From an uncultured bacterium (GTDB lineage: Bacteria; Acidobacteriota; HRBIN11; JAKEFK01): 64,000 nucleotides of DNA. Location of the stretch: assembly GCA_963777505.1 (NCBI GenBank), contig CAVZQN010000005.1:64001-128000 (forward strand), read 5' to 3'. The position numbers and the translations under genes are program-made. Numbering within the stretch: position 1 is the first letter of the stretch; the number at the start of each line of letters is the position of its first letter. The notes under the pieces are model-generated. The model saw nothing but the letters and a program-made list of their open reading frames with translations, searched no databases and was not told the origin of the DNA. Shown piece after piece: positions 53,739 through 63,427 of the stretch.

Positions 53739-54587
53739 ATGAATACAAATATGGAATTGAATCATAGTATGCTCTTTGTCCCTGCTGGAGAATTTAGCAT
53801 GGGCATCTCCACGGAACAGGCTGATCAATTTGCGCAAAAATTTCTGAATCTTGAATCCGGAATGAACCCATATCTCTTCTACAATGAAATTCCGGTGCAT
53901 CCAATGAAGCTTAAGGCATTCTTGATCAGCAAGAACGAAGTCACCAATCAAGAATATTTGAAATTCGTTCAAACAGGAGGCTATCAAAACCCAGACTATT
54001 GGAAAGAACTGATTTCAGTCGAAGAACCGAACGTGCCAGGAAGCGGCGCAGACAGGATCCAGGTTTTTGTGGATAAGACCGGTAAACCAGGTCCGGCTGT
54101 TTGGCAGGATGGAACATTTGTAAAAGGAAAAGGGGATCATCCTGTTGAGGGGGTATCATGGTATGAAGCCGCAGCCTATTGCCGGTGGAAAAAAGTACGT
54201 TTACCAAGCGAGGCAGAGTGGGAATATGCAGCGAGAGGAACGGATCAGCGTATATTTCCCTGGGGTAATACGTATGAGATTTTGCAGCAGCTGAATTCCG
54301 GTGAATCGAATGAAGTTTCCGGAGCTGGCGCAAGGCAAGATAAGAGTCCCTTTGGGTTGGTTGATCTTGCGAAGAATGTGTCGGAATGGGTTAACGATTC
54401 ATGGGCTTTATATATAGGATGTCCAATCGCCGTGCAATCGTATGATGAACCGATGGGGGTTGTGAGAGGTGGAAACTATTATTCTTCACCCTATGAAATG
54501 AGAACAACCTTCAGGAAAATGCGACCACGTTCAGATCGATCTGCGGGTATTGGATTTCGTTGTGCAGTGGATTCGGTTCGGCAGTGA
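53739..54587 (+). CDS. FGE-sulfatase (SUMF1/EgtB-like) domain protein
   Basis: VPAGEFSMG, EVTNQEY, HPVEGVSWYEAAAYC, RLPSEAEWEYAARG, NVSEW, RGG and GFRCA motifs. AGGAG RBS overlaps the upstream stop. Confidence 0.92.
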   Translation: MNTNMELNHSMLFVPAGEFSMGISTEQADQFAQKFLNLESGMNPYLFYNEIPVHPMKLKAFLISKNEVTNQEYLKFVQTGGYQNPDYWKELISVEEPNVPGSGADRIQVFVDKTGKPGPAVWQDGTFVKGKGDHPVEGVSWYEAAAYCRWKKVRLPSEAEWEYAARGTDQRIFPWGNTYEILQQLNSGESNEVSGAGARQDKSPFGLVDLAKNVSEWVNDSWALYIGCPIAVQSYDEPMGVVRGGNYYSSPYEMRTTFRKMRPRSDRSAGIGFRCAVDSVRQ

Positions 54588-54755
54588 AGGCAGAATTTAA
54601 TTTCGAGCTCATTTGAAGAAGAAAACCGTTAGAAAAACAATAGATATTCTCAAACGCAAACTCATGGACTTTTTCTGTCATTCCTATATCGTGGTGGTCA
54701 TTGATTTTTGAAATGCGTCCATTAGAATTCATGCGAGAGCTACGGAGAAACTTCA

Positions 54756-57700
54756 ATGAGAAGATTGATTGCCATATTTCTGCTTTTATTTGCGCTGAGA
54801 CAAATTACAGACGCGGCCGAGCAGCCGTATCTTTTTCAAAGCCCGACGTTAAGCAAAACGCAAATTGCGTTTGCATTTGCAGGCGATCTATGGATTGTCG
54901 GACGTGATGGTGGACGCGCGAGCCGTCTAACGACCGGGCCGGGAATCGAGTCACATCCATACTTTTCACCGGATGGATCATTGATTGCTTTCACAGGTCA
55001 ATATGATGGCAATACAGACGTCTTTGTAGTTTCTGCAAATGGCGGTGTGCCACGGCGTCTGACTTATCATCCGGGTGAAGATCTAACCGTTGGCTGGACG
55101 CCGGATGGTACGAAAATTCTGTTCCGATCAGCGCGCTTCAGCGCTCGCGATACACATATATTATTCACGGTTGCACCCTCCGGTGGATTTCCAATAGAAC
55201 TTCCACTGCACAGGGCCGATCACGGCAGTTATTCTCCCGACGCTCAACGGCTTGCCTACGTTCCATTTTTCCCCTGGCAGCCTGCGTGGAAACGATATCG
55301 CGGCGGACAAACCAAGCCGATCTGGATCGCAAATCTAAAAGATTCCAGCGTTGAGCCACTTCCACGCAATAATTCCAATGACTTCAATCCGATGTGGATC
55401 GGAAACGCAGTCTACTTTCTCTCCGATCGCGAAGGTGCATTCACACTCTTCCGCTATGACCTTTCCAGCAAACAAGTAGAAAAGGTTTTGCCAAATGACA
55501 GTTTGGATTTGAAATCAGCAACTGCCGGCCCTGGTGGAATTGTGTATGAGCAGTTTGGCTCGATTTATTTGTTTGATGTTGCAGCAAACAAATCGAAACA
55601 GATTGCAATTACGCTGGAAGGCGATCTTCCTGAAGTCAGACCTCATTTCCAAAAAGTAGAAGCTGCAACATTATCCAATGCCGCCGTTTCTCCAACTGGA
55701 GTAAGAGCTGTCTTTCAAGCCCGCGGAGAAATCATCACCGTTCCTGGAGAGAAAGGAGACATCCGCAATCTCACACGAACGCCCGGCATTGCGGAACGCG
55801 ATCCCGCATGGTCTCCTGATGGGAAATGGATCGCCTATTTTTCTGATGAATCGGGCGAATATTCCTTGCACATCCGGAATCAAAATGGTCTGGGAGATGT
55901 GCAGAAAATCAATCTTGGAAATCCGCCGTCCTTCTTTTATAAACCGCAGTGGTCGCCTGACTCGAAAAAAATCGCATATACCGATAAGCGGTTAAACGTC
56001 TGGTATGTGGACATCGCAAAACAGAGTCCGGTGAAAGTTGATACTGATTACTACGAAAGTTTTATTCGCGAGCGCGATCCGGTATGGTCACCCGATAGCA
56101 AATGGATTGCATATCCAAAATTTCTCCGAAATCATTTGCATGCGATCTTCATTTACTCGCTTGAGTCGGGAAAGAGCAATCAAATAACGGATGGCATGAG
56201 CGACGCACTGTACCCACAGTTTGATGACAATGGCAAATATTTGTATTTTGCCGCCAGTACTGATATCGCACTATCTGTTGCATGGTTGGACTTGTCGAGC
56301 GTCGACCGTCCTGTCACACGGTCGATCTATGCAATCGTGCTTGATAAAGATGAGCCCTCACCGGTCGTTCCGGAAAGCGATGAAGAGAAGGGGGCTGCCA
56401 AAGCGGAAGAAACTAAAGATAAGGAGAAGAAGGAAAAAAAGGTTCCGATAGTCCAAGTCGATTTTGAAAATATCGGACAACGAATCGTTGGTTTGCCGAT
56501 TCCTGCGCGGAATTACATCGCAACGGCTTCCGGTAAAGAAGGAAATCTCTTTTTAATGGAAGGTAGTCCTGTGCTTCTTTCCGTTGCAGATGAAATCCCT
56601 ACGATGACTGTTTACAAATTTGATCTGAAAGGCAGGAAGACGGACAAATTTCTGGAAGGCATCAAATCTTTTTCGGTTTCTGATGATGGCGAAAAAATGC
56701 TGTATGCGAAAACGGAAAAGTGGTTTTTTGCACCTTCGGAGAAGCCTCCAAAGCCGGAAGATGAAAAAGAATTACAGTTGGATGCTCTTGAAGTTTACGT
56801 TCAGCCGAAGGAAGAGTGGGCCCAAATGTATCGCGAAGTTTGGCACATCGTTCGCGACTTCTTTTATGATCCGGGATATCACGGGCTTGACATCAATGCT
56901 GCCGAAAAATTTTACGCAAGTTTTCTACCGAACATATCCAGCCGCACAGATCTGAACTATTTATTTGAAGAAATGTTGGGCGAATTAACGGCTGGTCATG
57001 TCTTTGTGGATGGTGGCGAAACGCCAGAGATCAAGAAAGTAAAAGTCGGGCTTCTTGGGGCCGATTATAAGATTGAAAATGGTCGATACCGTTTTGCACG
57101 CATTTACAATGGCGAGAATTGGAATCCACAGCTACGCGCCCCACTAACTCAGCCAGGAGTGAATGTTTCCGTAGGTGAATATTTATTAACCGTAAACGGT
57201 CAGACCGTAGATGCTTCGAAAGAGATTTACAGCTACTTCGAAGGAACTGCGGGAAAATCGACGATCCTTCAAGTAGGAAAAGATCCGGACATTAAAAACA
57301 GCAGGGAAGTGACGGTTGTTCCTCTAGAAAGTGAGACGAATCTACGATACCTGGCATGGATTGAAGGAAATCGTCGCAAAGTTGATGAGCTCAGCGGCGG
57401 ACGTGTTGCGTACGTTCATTTGCCTGATACGTACAGCGGAGGTTACTCGAATTTCAATCGATATTATTTTGCACAGGTTGGAAAAGAAGCAGCTGTGATC
57501 GATGAACGGTTCAATCATGGCGGAGATATTGCTGATTACGTTGTTGATTATTTGCATCGCCCTGTGATGAGCTTGATGATGACGCGCGAAGGTTCGCAAA
57601 TGGCAAGCCCCTTTAGTTCGATTTATGGTCCAAAAGCAATGATCATCAATGAAATGTCTGGTTCCGGTGGAGATGCGATGCCCTGGTACTTCCGAAAAGC

Positions 57701-58028
57701 GGAAATCGGTCCGTTGATTGGTAAAAAAACGTGGGGTGGCCTGATCGGGATTTATGATTATCCTGAGTTGATGGATGGTGGATCCATTACTGCACCCCGG
57801 ATTGCGATTTACGGACTCAATGGCGAATGGGAAGTAGAGAATGTTGGAATCTCGCCCGATATCGAAGTCGAGGACGATCCCAAAAAAGTCCGGGAAGGGC
57901 ATGATCCTCAATTAGAAAAAGCGGTTGAAGTGGTGCTGGATCTGCTGCAAAAAAATCCACTTCAAAAATATAAACAGCCCGCGTACCCGAATTACAATCA
58001 GAAAATAAATCAGACTAAGCCGGAATAA
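54756..58028 (+). CDS. Tricorn protease homolog (S41 family, PD40 repeats, PDZ)
   Basis: Signal peptide, GDLW, RRLTYHPG, DERFNHGG, SGSGGD and GKKTWGGLIG motifs. Confidence 0.95.
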   Translation: MRRLIAIFLLLFALRQITDAAEQPYLFQSPTLSKTQIAFAFAGDLWIVGRDGGRASRLTTGPGIESHPYFSPDGSLIAFTGQYDGNTDVFVVSANGGVPRRLTYHPGEDLTVGWTPDGTKILFRSARFSARDTHILFTVAPSGGFPIELPLHRADHGSYSPDAQRLAYVPFFPWQPAWKRYRGGQTKPIWIANLKDSSVEPLPRNNSNDFNPMWIGNAVYFLSDREGAFTLFRYDLSSKQVEKVLPNDSLDLKSATAGPGGIVYEQFGSIYLFDVAANKSKQIAITLEGDLPEVRPHFQKVEAATLSNAAVSPTGVRAVFQARGEIITVPGEKGDIRNLTRTPGIAERDPAWSPDGKWIAYFSDESGEYSLHIRNQNGLGDVQKINLGNPPSFFYKPQWSPDSKKIAYTDKRLNVWYVDIAKQSPVKVDTDYYESFIRERDPVWSPDSKWIAYPKFLRNHLHAIFIYSLESGKSNQITDGMSDALYPQFDDNGKYLYFAASTDIALSVAWLDLSSVDRPVTRSIYAIVLDKDEPSPVVPESDEEKGAAKAEETKDKEKKEKKVPIVQVDFENIGQRIVGLPIPARNYIATASGKEGNLFLMEGSPVLLSVADEIPTMTVYKFDLKGRKTDKFLEGIKSFSVSDDGEKMLYAKTEKWFFAPSEKPPKPEDEKELQLDALEVYVQPKEEWAQMYREVWHIVRDFFYDPGYHGLDINAAEKFYASFLPNISSRTDLNYLFEEMLGELTAGHVFVDGGETPEIKKVKVGLLGADYKIENGRYRFARIYNGENWNPQLRAPLTQPGVNVSVGEYLLTVNGQTVDASKEIYSYFEGTAGKSTILQVGKDPDIKNSREVTVVPLESETNLRYLAWIEGNRRKVDELSGGRVAYVHLPDTYSGGYSNFNRYYFAQVGKEAAVIDERFNHGGDIADYVVDYLHRPVMSLMMTREGSQMASPFSSIYGPKAMIINEMSGSGGDAMPWYFRKAEIGPLIGKKTWGGLIGIYDYPELMDGGSITAPRIAIYGLNGEWEVENVGISPDIEVEDDPKKVREGHDPQLEKAVEVVLDLLQKNPLQKYKQPAYPNYNQKINQTKPE

Positions 58029-58045
58029 ACTCATGTGCTGCACTG

Positions 58046-59602
58046 TTGCTCCGGAGGCACTGGCTTTTGTATCTGAGTATAATGTGTCTCATTGTTTTTG
58101 CTTTCGAATCTGCATGTGAAGACGTCATTTATAGGAAGAGCTTTATTGTGAGCGCACGATCTGTCCTGAAGATCCTTCTGGCGATTGTATGTTTAGCGGT
58201 GGTAGTGATTCTTGTTTTTCGCATGAATCGTGCAAGGCCGGTTGGCGGAATTGATGAAGGACGTTTATTTCTGGCCGGTGCGACTTCGCTCATGCAAGGG
58301 AAAGGTTTTCAGATTGTCCAACGAACTCCGCTTTACAGTCTGTTTTTGGCATCATTAGGTTATGCGGCACGTGTAGATCCAAATCAAACGATTCCGGGTG
58401 CGCATGAATACGGAAACATTGAAAATGTGGACGTTGCCACTGGTTTTCTTCAACCACGTTTTCAACGATTGGTTTTAATCGTACAATTGGCGATCTGGAT
58501 TGCGACACTATTCCTCGTGTATAAGATTGGTCGCAGCGTAAACCTCCCAATTGAATGGGCCCTCGTTTTGCTAATCGGATTCATCCCCATCTCCTGGATT
58601 CTTGTAACCTATATATATGATCCTATTCTGACTCAGTTTCTTCTGGTGCTTGGCCTCTTTAGTTTTTGCGCCTGGCTCAATCATCCCAAACATTTTGGAT
58701 GGATCTTCCTGAGCGCAGCAAGTTTCTCGATCAGCGCATTGAGCCGTCCTACTTTCCAGATTCTCACTCCCTTACTTGCATTGATCATATGGCTTCTAGC
58801 ACGCGCAGGAAAACTGCGACAGCTTTCTGCATCGTCGGAAGGAGACGAAAAAGAGAGAGTCCAATATTGGAAAAAGGCAGGGACAAAGGCAGCGATTATT
58901 TTTGTTCTCTCGTGGTTTGTTTTAATCGGGACATACAGCTTACGGAATTATTTAAAACATGGATTTTTTGGTGTTAGTGGCGCAACAGGCCTGAGCCTGA
59001 GCGGCAGAGCGGCCCCGTTTTTGGAAAAAGCACAACCTTTTTTCCCCGAAGAGGTAGGTGAGTTTCTGAAGATCCGTGAAATTCGTGGAAATACCTGGGG
59101 TGCCCGCGGCATTAAATGGTTGATGTCCAGCCGTGGAATGACATGGCCTCAAGCAAATATTTTTCTTGTGAAGGTGTGTACAGCGGCGATCGTTCGCGCG
59201 CCGATGCGATATCTAGTAGAAGTTGGCAAAAGCGTAATTACATTTCATATGCCTAGCGCGCTAAAAGGTGAACGCAGCATCTTAATTCCTTTTTATTTTC
59301 TTGACGCTTTATTGATAGCATTATTTTTGATTTGCAGCATGATGTGGGTGTCGTTCCATCTGATGCGCGTGTTTACTCCCGTTATCTCTGGTGTATGGTC
59401 CGTAGATGACAGTATCATTCTTCTTTGCCTGGCTGTGTATTGGTACTGTGCGTTGATTTCAAGCGGTGTTGATTATGGCCGCCCCGAACATCGCATTTCT
59501 GTTTTGTTTTTGATTCCATTGACAAGTCTGTTGATCCTTCGCCGTTTTGAATTTTCAAGAAGTCCTGTTCTCCTATCCATACAGAAAAGATTTCACAAAT
59601 GA
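58046..59602 (+). CDS. Multi-TM GT-C-like membrane protein (start uncertain, possibly 58082 or 58148)
   Basis: DE..F..GA, RTPLYSLFLA, ALSRP and RNYLKHGFF motifs. Many TM helices. Confidence 0.75.
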   Translation: MLRRHWLLYLSIMCLIVFAFESACEDVIYRKSFIVSARSVLKILLAIVCLAVVVILVFRMNRARPVGGIDEGRLFLAGATSLMQGKGFQIVQRTPLYSLFLASLGYAARVDPNQTIPGAHEYGNIENVDVATGFLQPRFQRLVLIVQLAIWIATLFLVYKIGRSVNLPIEWALVLLIGFIPISWILVTYIYDPILTQFLLVLGLFSFCAWLNHPKHFGWIFLSAASFSISALSRPTFQILTPLLALIIWLLARAGKLRQLSASSEGDEKERVQYWKKAGTKAAIIFVLSWFVLIGTYSLRNYLKHGFFGVSGATGLSLSGRAAPFLEKAQPFFPEEVGEFLKIREIRGNTWGARGIKWLMSSRGMTWPQANIFLVKVCTAAIVRAPMRYLVEVGKSVITFHMPSALKGERSILIPFYFLDALLIALFLICSMMWVSFHLMRVFTPVISGVWSVDDSIILLCLAVYWYCALISSGVDYGRPEHRISVLFLIPLTSLLILRRFEFSRSPVLLSIQKRFHK

Positions 59603-61035
59603 AGTCCTCAGCCAGTGAAATTTTCCTCACGATCGTGATTCTTATTCTTGTCATTGCTCCCGTAACTCGCATGTTTTACCGGTTCTCAATCACGTACAAC
59701 GAAGGCTGGACTGTCTATCATTCTGAGGAGGTCGCAGAAGGAAAACAGATTTATGATACAAAAAATTCATTTACTCCTGTTGTTTATCCTCCATTGTTTT
59801 TTTATTTAGAAGGACTGCTGGGCAAAGTTCTTGGAGATTTCTTGATGGTCGGGCGGGTGCTATCGCTTCTTGGTTTGCTTTGCACAGCGATTCTTGCTGG
59901 TCTGATTGTTCGGATTTATACAGCAAATGTAATTGGGTCCATTTTCGCAGCAATCTTTTTTTGTGGAGCTGTCGCTGCAATTGCACCCCAATACGTCGCG
60001 ATGAATGATCCGCAGCTACCGGCTCACGTGCTCTCGATTGCAGGATTGTGGGCTTACCTGCGCGCTGTACGAAAGAGTTCTTCACTATGGGTTGCGGCGT
60101 TCCTTGTTACCGCTGCTTTGTTTACAAAACATAATCTGATTGCTATTCCTGCGGCAATTACAATTGATTTGTTGCTTCGATCAAGACGGCAATTGTTGCA
60201 ATGGTGCTTGTTCTGTTCAGTTTTTATTGGGATCTTGACGGCATTAACACTCTTGTTCGCAGGACAAGGATTTGTTGATCAGGTATTTGCAGGACGTTAT
60301 ATAAGCGTGGAAAAGATGATTGTTCAAGCACGGCAATTCGCAACTTTCACTATTGTTCCACTTATTGTTTCCAGTGTGTGGTGTCTAAGAGCATGGAAAA
60401 ACTCCGAGCAACGTGTTCTTGTATTATGGCTGTTTTTCTCAATACTGATTGGATCGATCACTGCGGCTGGATTCGGGACCGCGATGAACATGTTTTTCGA
60501 TGCATTTCTCAGCATAGCCGTCATCCTTGGTATTTTGATTTCAAATCTGAACCCGCTACCACAGGCTGTACTACCTCTTCTTGTGTCTGTTTCAATTATT
60601 TTTGCCACGGTCTCTGAGCTGCAAATTTTGTTAAACAAGAACCTGAAATCACGTCTTGTAAAACAGGAAGCTGAATACATTTCAGATGTTCAGTTTCTGA
60701 AGAGTCAATCTGGAAGCGTCGCGTGCGGGAATCCTTTGCTATGTTTTGATGCGGGAAAGCCATTGGAGTTTGATCCATTTAACATTTCGCAGCGGATAAT
60801 TACTGGAAGGATGAAAGAAGATGACGCAGTTCGCCTTTTTGAGACAGGACATCTTCGGGTTGTGCAGATTAAAGAGCAACACTATGAGAAGAACTCAAAA
60901 CGTACCATTGAACCAGAAATGTTTGCCGATACTTTTTTCACGCAGAATATGATTGCTGCAATTCGCGAGAATTACATCGTTGAGCGAAAATCACGGACCG
61001 GCAATTTTTATGTTTATCGGCCCGCACGTTTTTGA
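59599..61035 (+). CDS. GT-C / glycosyltransferase family 39-like membrane protein
   Basis: YNEGW, YPPLFFYL, GRVLSLLG, MNDPQ and FTKHN motifs. Confidence 0.82.
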   Translation: MKSSASEIFLTIVILILVIAPVTRMFYRFSITYNEGWTVYHSEEVAEGKQIYDTKNSFTPVVYPPLFFYLEGLLGKVLGDFLMVGRVLSLLGLLCTAILAGLIVRIYTANVIGSIFAAIFFCGAVAAIAPQYVAMNDPQLPAHVLSIAGLWAYLRAVRKSSSLWVAAFLVTAALFTKHNLIAIPAAITIDLLLRSRRQLLQWCLFCSVFIGILTALTLLFAGQGFVDQVFAGRYISVEKMIVQARQFATFTIVPLIVSSVWCLRAWKNSEQRVLVLWLFFSILIGSITAAGFGTAMNMFFDAFLSIAVILGILISNLNPLPQAVLPLLVSVSIIFATVSELQILLNKNLKSRLVKQEAEYISDVQFLKSQSGSVACGNPLLCFDAGKPLEFDPFNISQRIITGRMKEDDAVRLFETGHLRVVQIKEQHYEKNSKRTIEPEMFADTFFTQNMIAAIRENYIVERKSRTGNFYVYRPARF

Positions 61036-63335
61036 GCTTCAGTTTTCGACAAAGTCTTTCGCATTATTGGCCATGCGGCAACAAACACAATCAGCAAGAA
61101 GGATCCTGCAGTAATGATCAAACCCCATCGGAAACTTGCTGGTTTGTATTTCATTCGAACTGTGCTGGTACCGGAAGGAACAAGAATGCCGCGAAATAAA
61201 TAATTTGTTCTGTAAAGATGAGCGAATACACCGTTAATCGTCGCCGTCCATCCAGGATAATATGTGTCGCTAACAACTAAAAATGCGGGATGGGCTGTTT
61301 CCGCTTGGATCTCCATTAGGCCTTTGTCGATTTTTACGATTCGAACCTTTGCTTCCGGATCTTCTTCAGCCTCAAATGTAAAGTCTTCTTCAACCAGAGC
61401 GATATCCTCAGGCCTATATCTCGTTCCATGCAGAACCGAGTTATGTATAGCGTTCCGCACTTCCAGGGGTGTTGCTTGCATCACTTTCGAGACAAGCCAT
61501 ACCCGCGGCATCGCGCGCCGGTTCTCAAGAATGACCGAGCTTCCGAATTGACGCACGAGCTCCCAGCGTTTGCTAGATGTAACATTAGGAGCAACTCCGT
61601 TCTCTTCCTCAGGCTCATTATTTGCTGATAGATAACGTATTGCCATGAGATCAAGACTTCTATTTGCCGAGGCCATCCAGTTTCCCCGCAGATTCCCTTC
61701 TGCAGGCATGGAAAATAACTCATTGGTTCGTTTCAAAATAAGCGATCCATAACCGCCACCGCTGGGGATGGACCATAAACGTGTGAGATTTGGCCTTCCT
61801 TCTTCGATATCGGACCATACACCACGCACAGGCAAAAAACGCTGATGGGTTTTTTCTAGCTTTTCTGGCAGATCCTTCAATGGTTGCGGCAAGCGCAGTA
61901 CTGTTTTTTCAGGCACTAACTTCCAGTCACTATAGAATCCAAGGCTAGCAAGATCGAAAATTAAAGTGCCCAGAAGGATTGATGCGCGAAATGTGGATGG
62001 ATTGCGAACATAGAAAAAGAGAACAAAGGCACCCATACAAAAAAGTAAGATTGGAATCGTGATCGCTAGATTGGCCCAGGGAGCAAGGGTGAGGTTTGTC
62101 ACGCCTTTTTGTAAGGCCATGTTTTCAATTTTATGTGAATTCAACCAGACGCCCGCACCGGCAACAACAAAAATAAATCCTCCTGAAATTACAGACCATT
62201 GAACCGATTTTTGTGTGGTATGTCTTTGATGGATTGCAGCAGCACCGAATCCAGCAAGAAAACTCATTGCCAATGTCATTTCAAAAAAATGTCTGGCTGG
62301 CACGCGAAAATTTTGTAATCCAGGAATAGAAAAGAGCAAGCGACCTAAAGGAAACGTATCACTTAGAGTTAGCAACAGAGCAATGATCAATATGATCACC
62401 CAGAACCATATGAGACGCTTTTCCTTGTAACGCTGCATTCCGACAAAACTCAAGAGTATCGTAACCAGACCGAGATAACCTGTCTTCTCCGTAAAGTTCC
62501 TCGGTCCGAAGTAAGAATAGTAAAGACTGGGATCCGGCGTACCGAAAAGCGCTGGAAAAATAAATGTCGTTAAGCTTAAAGGTTTCAACGAAAGTGTCAG
62601 AAAAAAACGGAGGTCTGGTTTTTCACGTATGCTCTGCGAAACGAGTTCAAAAAGTGGAAGCATTTGGATCGCTGTTAATGCCGCTCCGGCTATGAACATT
62701 CCGGCGCATGTTGTAAAAAAACGGATGCGATGATTGGACGTTGATAACCCCAGAGTCAATGCATAAAAGCCAGCAACAATCAAACCATACGCTGGAATTT
62801 GCGGATGGCCTGAAAGGAGACTGAAAGCAATCGCGCCTGATCCAATCACAAACCACGTTCCGCTACTTTCAATTTTCAATTTTTCAATTGCAAGAAGAAC
62901 CAGGGGGATCCATGCCATTCCATGAAGGATTACCGTGTGGCAAAAATGAGCCATAGCGAATCCGGACATTCCGGCTACAATTCCAGAAACCGCCGCACCC
63001 ACCCAGGATTTTGTCAAGAAATAAACATATGCGTACGAAAAGCAGCTCAGGAGTACATAGCCACTGATAACAAAACCATTCCAGAACCGGAATATGGAAA
63101 ACAACCGTGCAATTGGATACCAGGAGGCATTCTGTAAATCCGCGGCTACAGGAAATCCTCCCTGTAAATCTGGCTCCCATAAGGAGACTGGACTCAAGAA
63201 GCTGGGAAGATAAAGAGCAAGTGAATCAAGAATCGCAAGAATGCGGCCTGAAAATAAAACAGGTGAAAAGAACAGGCAATAAAGCAAAATGTAAAACGAA
63301 ACAACAATTGCCGAATGATTCAACTGTTTGTTCAT
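61014..63335 (-). CDS. YfhO family membrane glycosyltransferase
   Basis: LWEP...GGFPV, SGHPQ, FRVPAR, EN..AMPRVW and VVSDTYYPGWTATING motifs. Confidence 0.9.
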   Translation of the reverse strand: MNKQLNHSAIVVSFYILLYCLFFSPVLFSGRILAILDSLALYLPSFLSPVSLWEPDLQGGFPVAADLQNASWYPIARLFSIFRFWNGFVISGYVLLSCFSYAYVYFLTKSWVGAAVSGIVAGMSGFAMAHFCHTVILHGMAWIPLVLLAIEKLKIESSGTWFVIGSGAIAFSLLSGHPQIPAYGLIVAGFYALTLGLSTSNHRIRFFTTCAGMFIAGAALTAIQMLPLFELVSQSIREKPDLRFFLTLSLKPLSLTTFIFPALFGTPDPSLYYSYFGPRNFTEKTGYLGLVTILLSFVGMQRYKEKRLIWFWVIILIIALLLTLSDTFPLGRLLFSIPGLQNFRVPARHFFEMTLAMSFLAGFGAAAIHQRHTTQKSVQWSVISGGFIFVVAGAGVWLNSHKIENMALQKGVTNLTLAPWANLAITIPILLFCMGAFVLFFYVRNPSTFRASILLGTLIFDLASLGFYSDWKLVPEKTVLRLPQPLKDLPEKLEKTHQRFLPVRGVWSDIEEGRPNLTRLWSIPSGGGYGSLILKRTNELFSMPAEGNLRGNWMASANRSLDLMAIRYLSANNEPEEENGVAPNVTSSKRWELVRQFGSSVILENRRAMPRVWLVSKVMQATPLEVRNAIHNSVLHGTRYRPEDIALVEEDFTFEAEEDPEAKVRIVKIDKGLMEIQAETAHPAFLVVSDTYYPGWTATINGVFAHLYRTNYLFRGILVPSGTSTVRMKYKPASFRWGLIITAGSFLLIVFVAAWPIMRKTLSKTEAQKRAGR

Positions 63336-63427
63336 CGAAATAACAGCAGGATGTAATTTCAGTTATTCGTAATATCTTACACTGCCTTAGCGTCTAATGC
63401 AGAAGCGTTGCGGTATCATGTTAGGCA

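Noticed and set aside
54440-54587. FGE-sulfatase C-terminus as a diversity-generating retroelement variable region
   Set aside because: I saw no template-repeat copy and no reverse transcriptase in the window. A remote DGR cannot be excluded.
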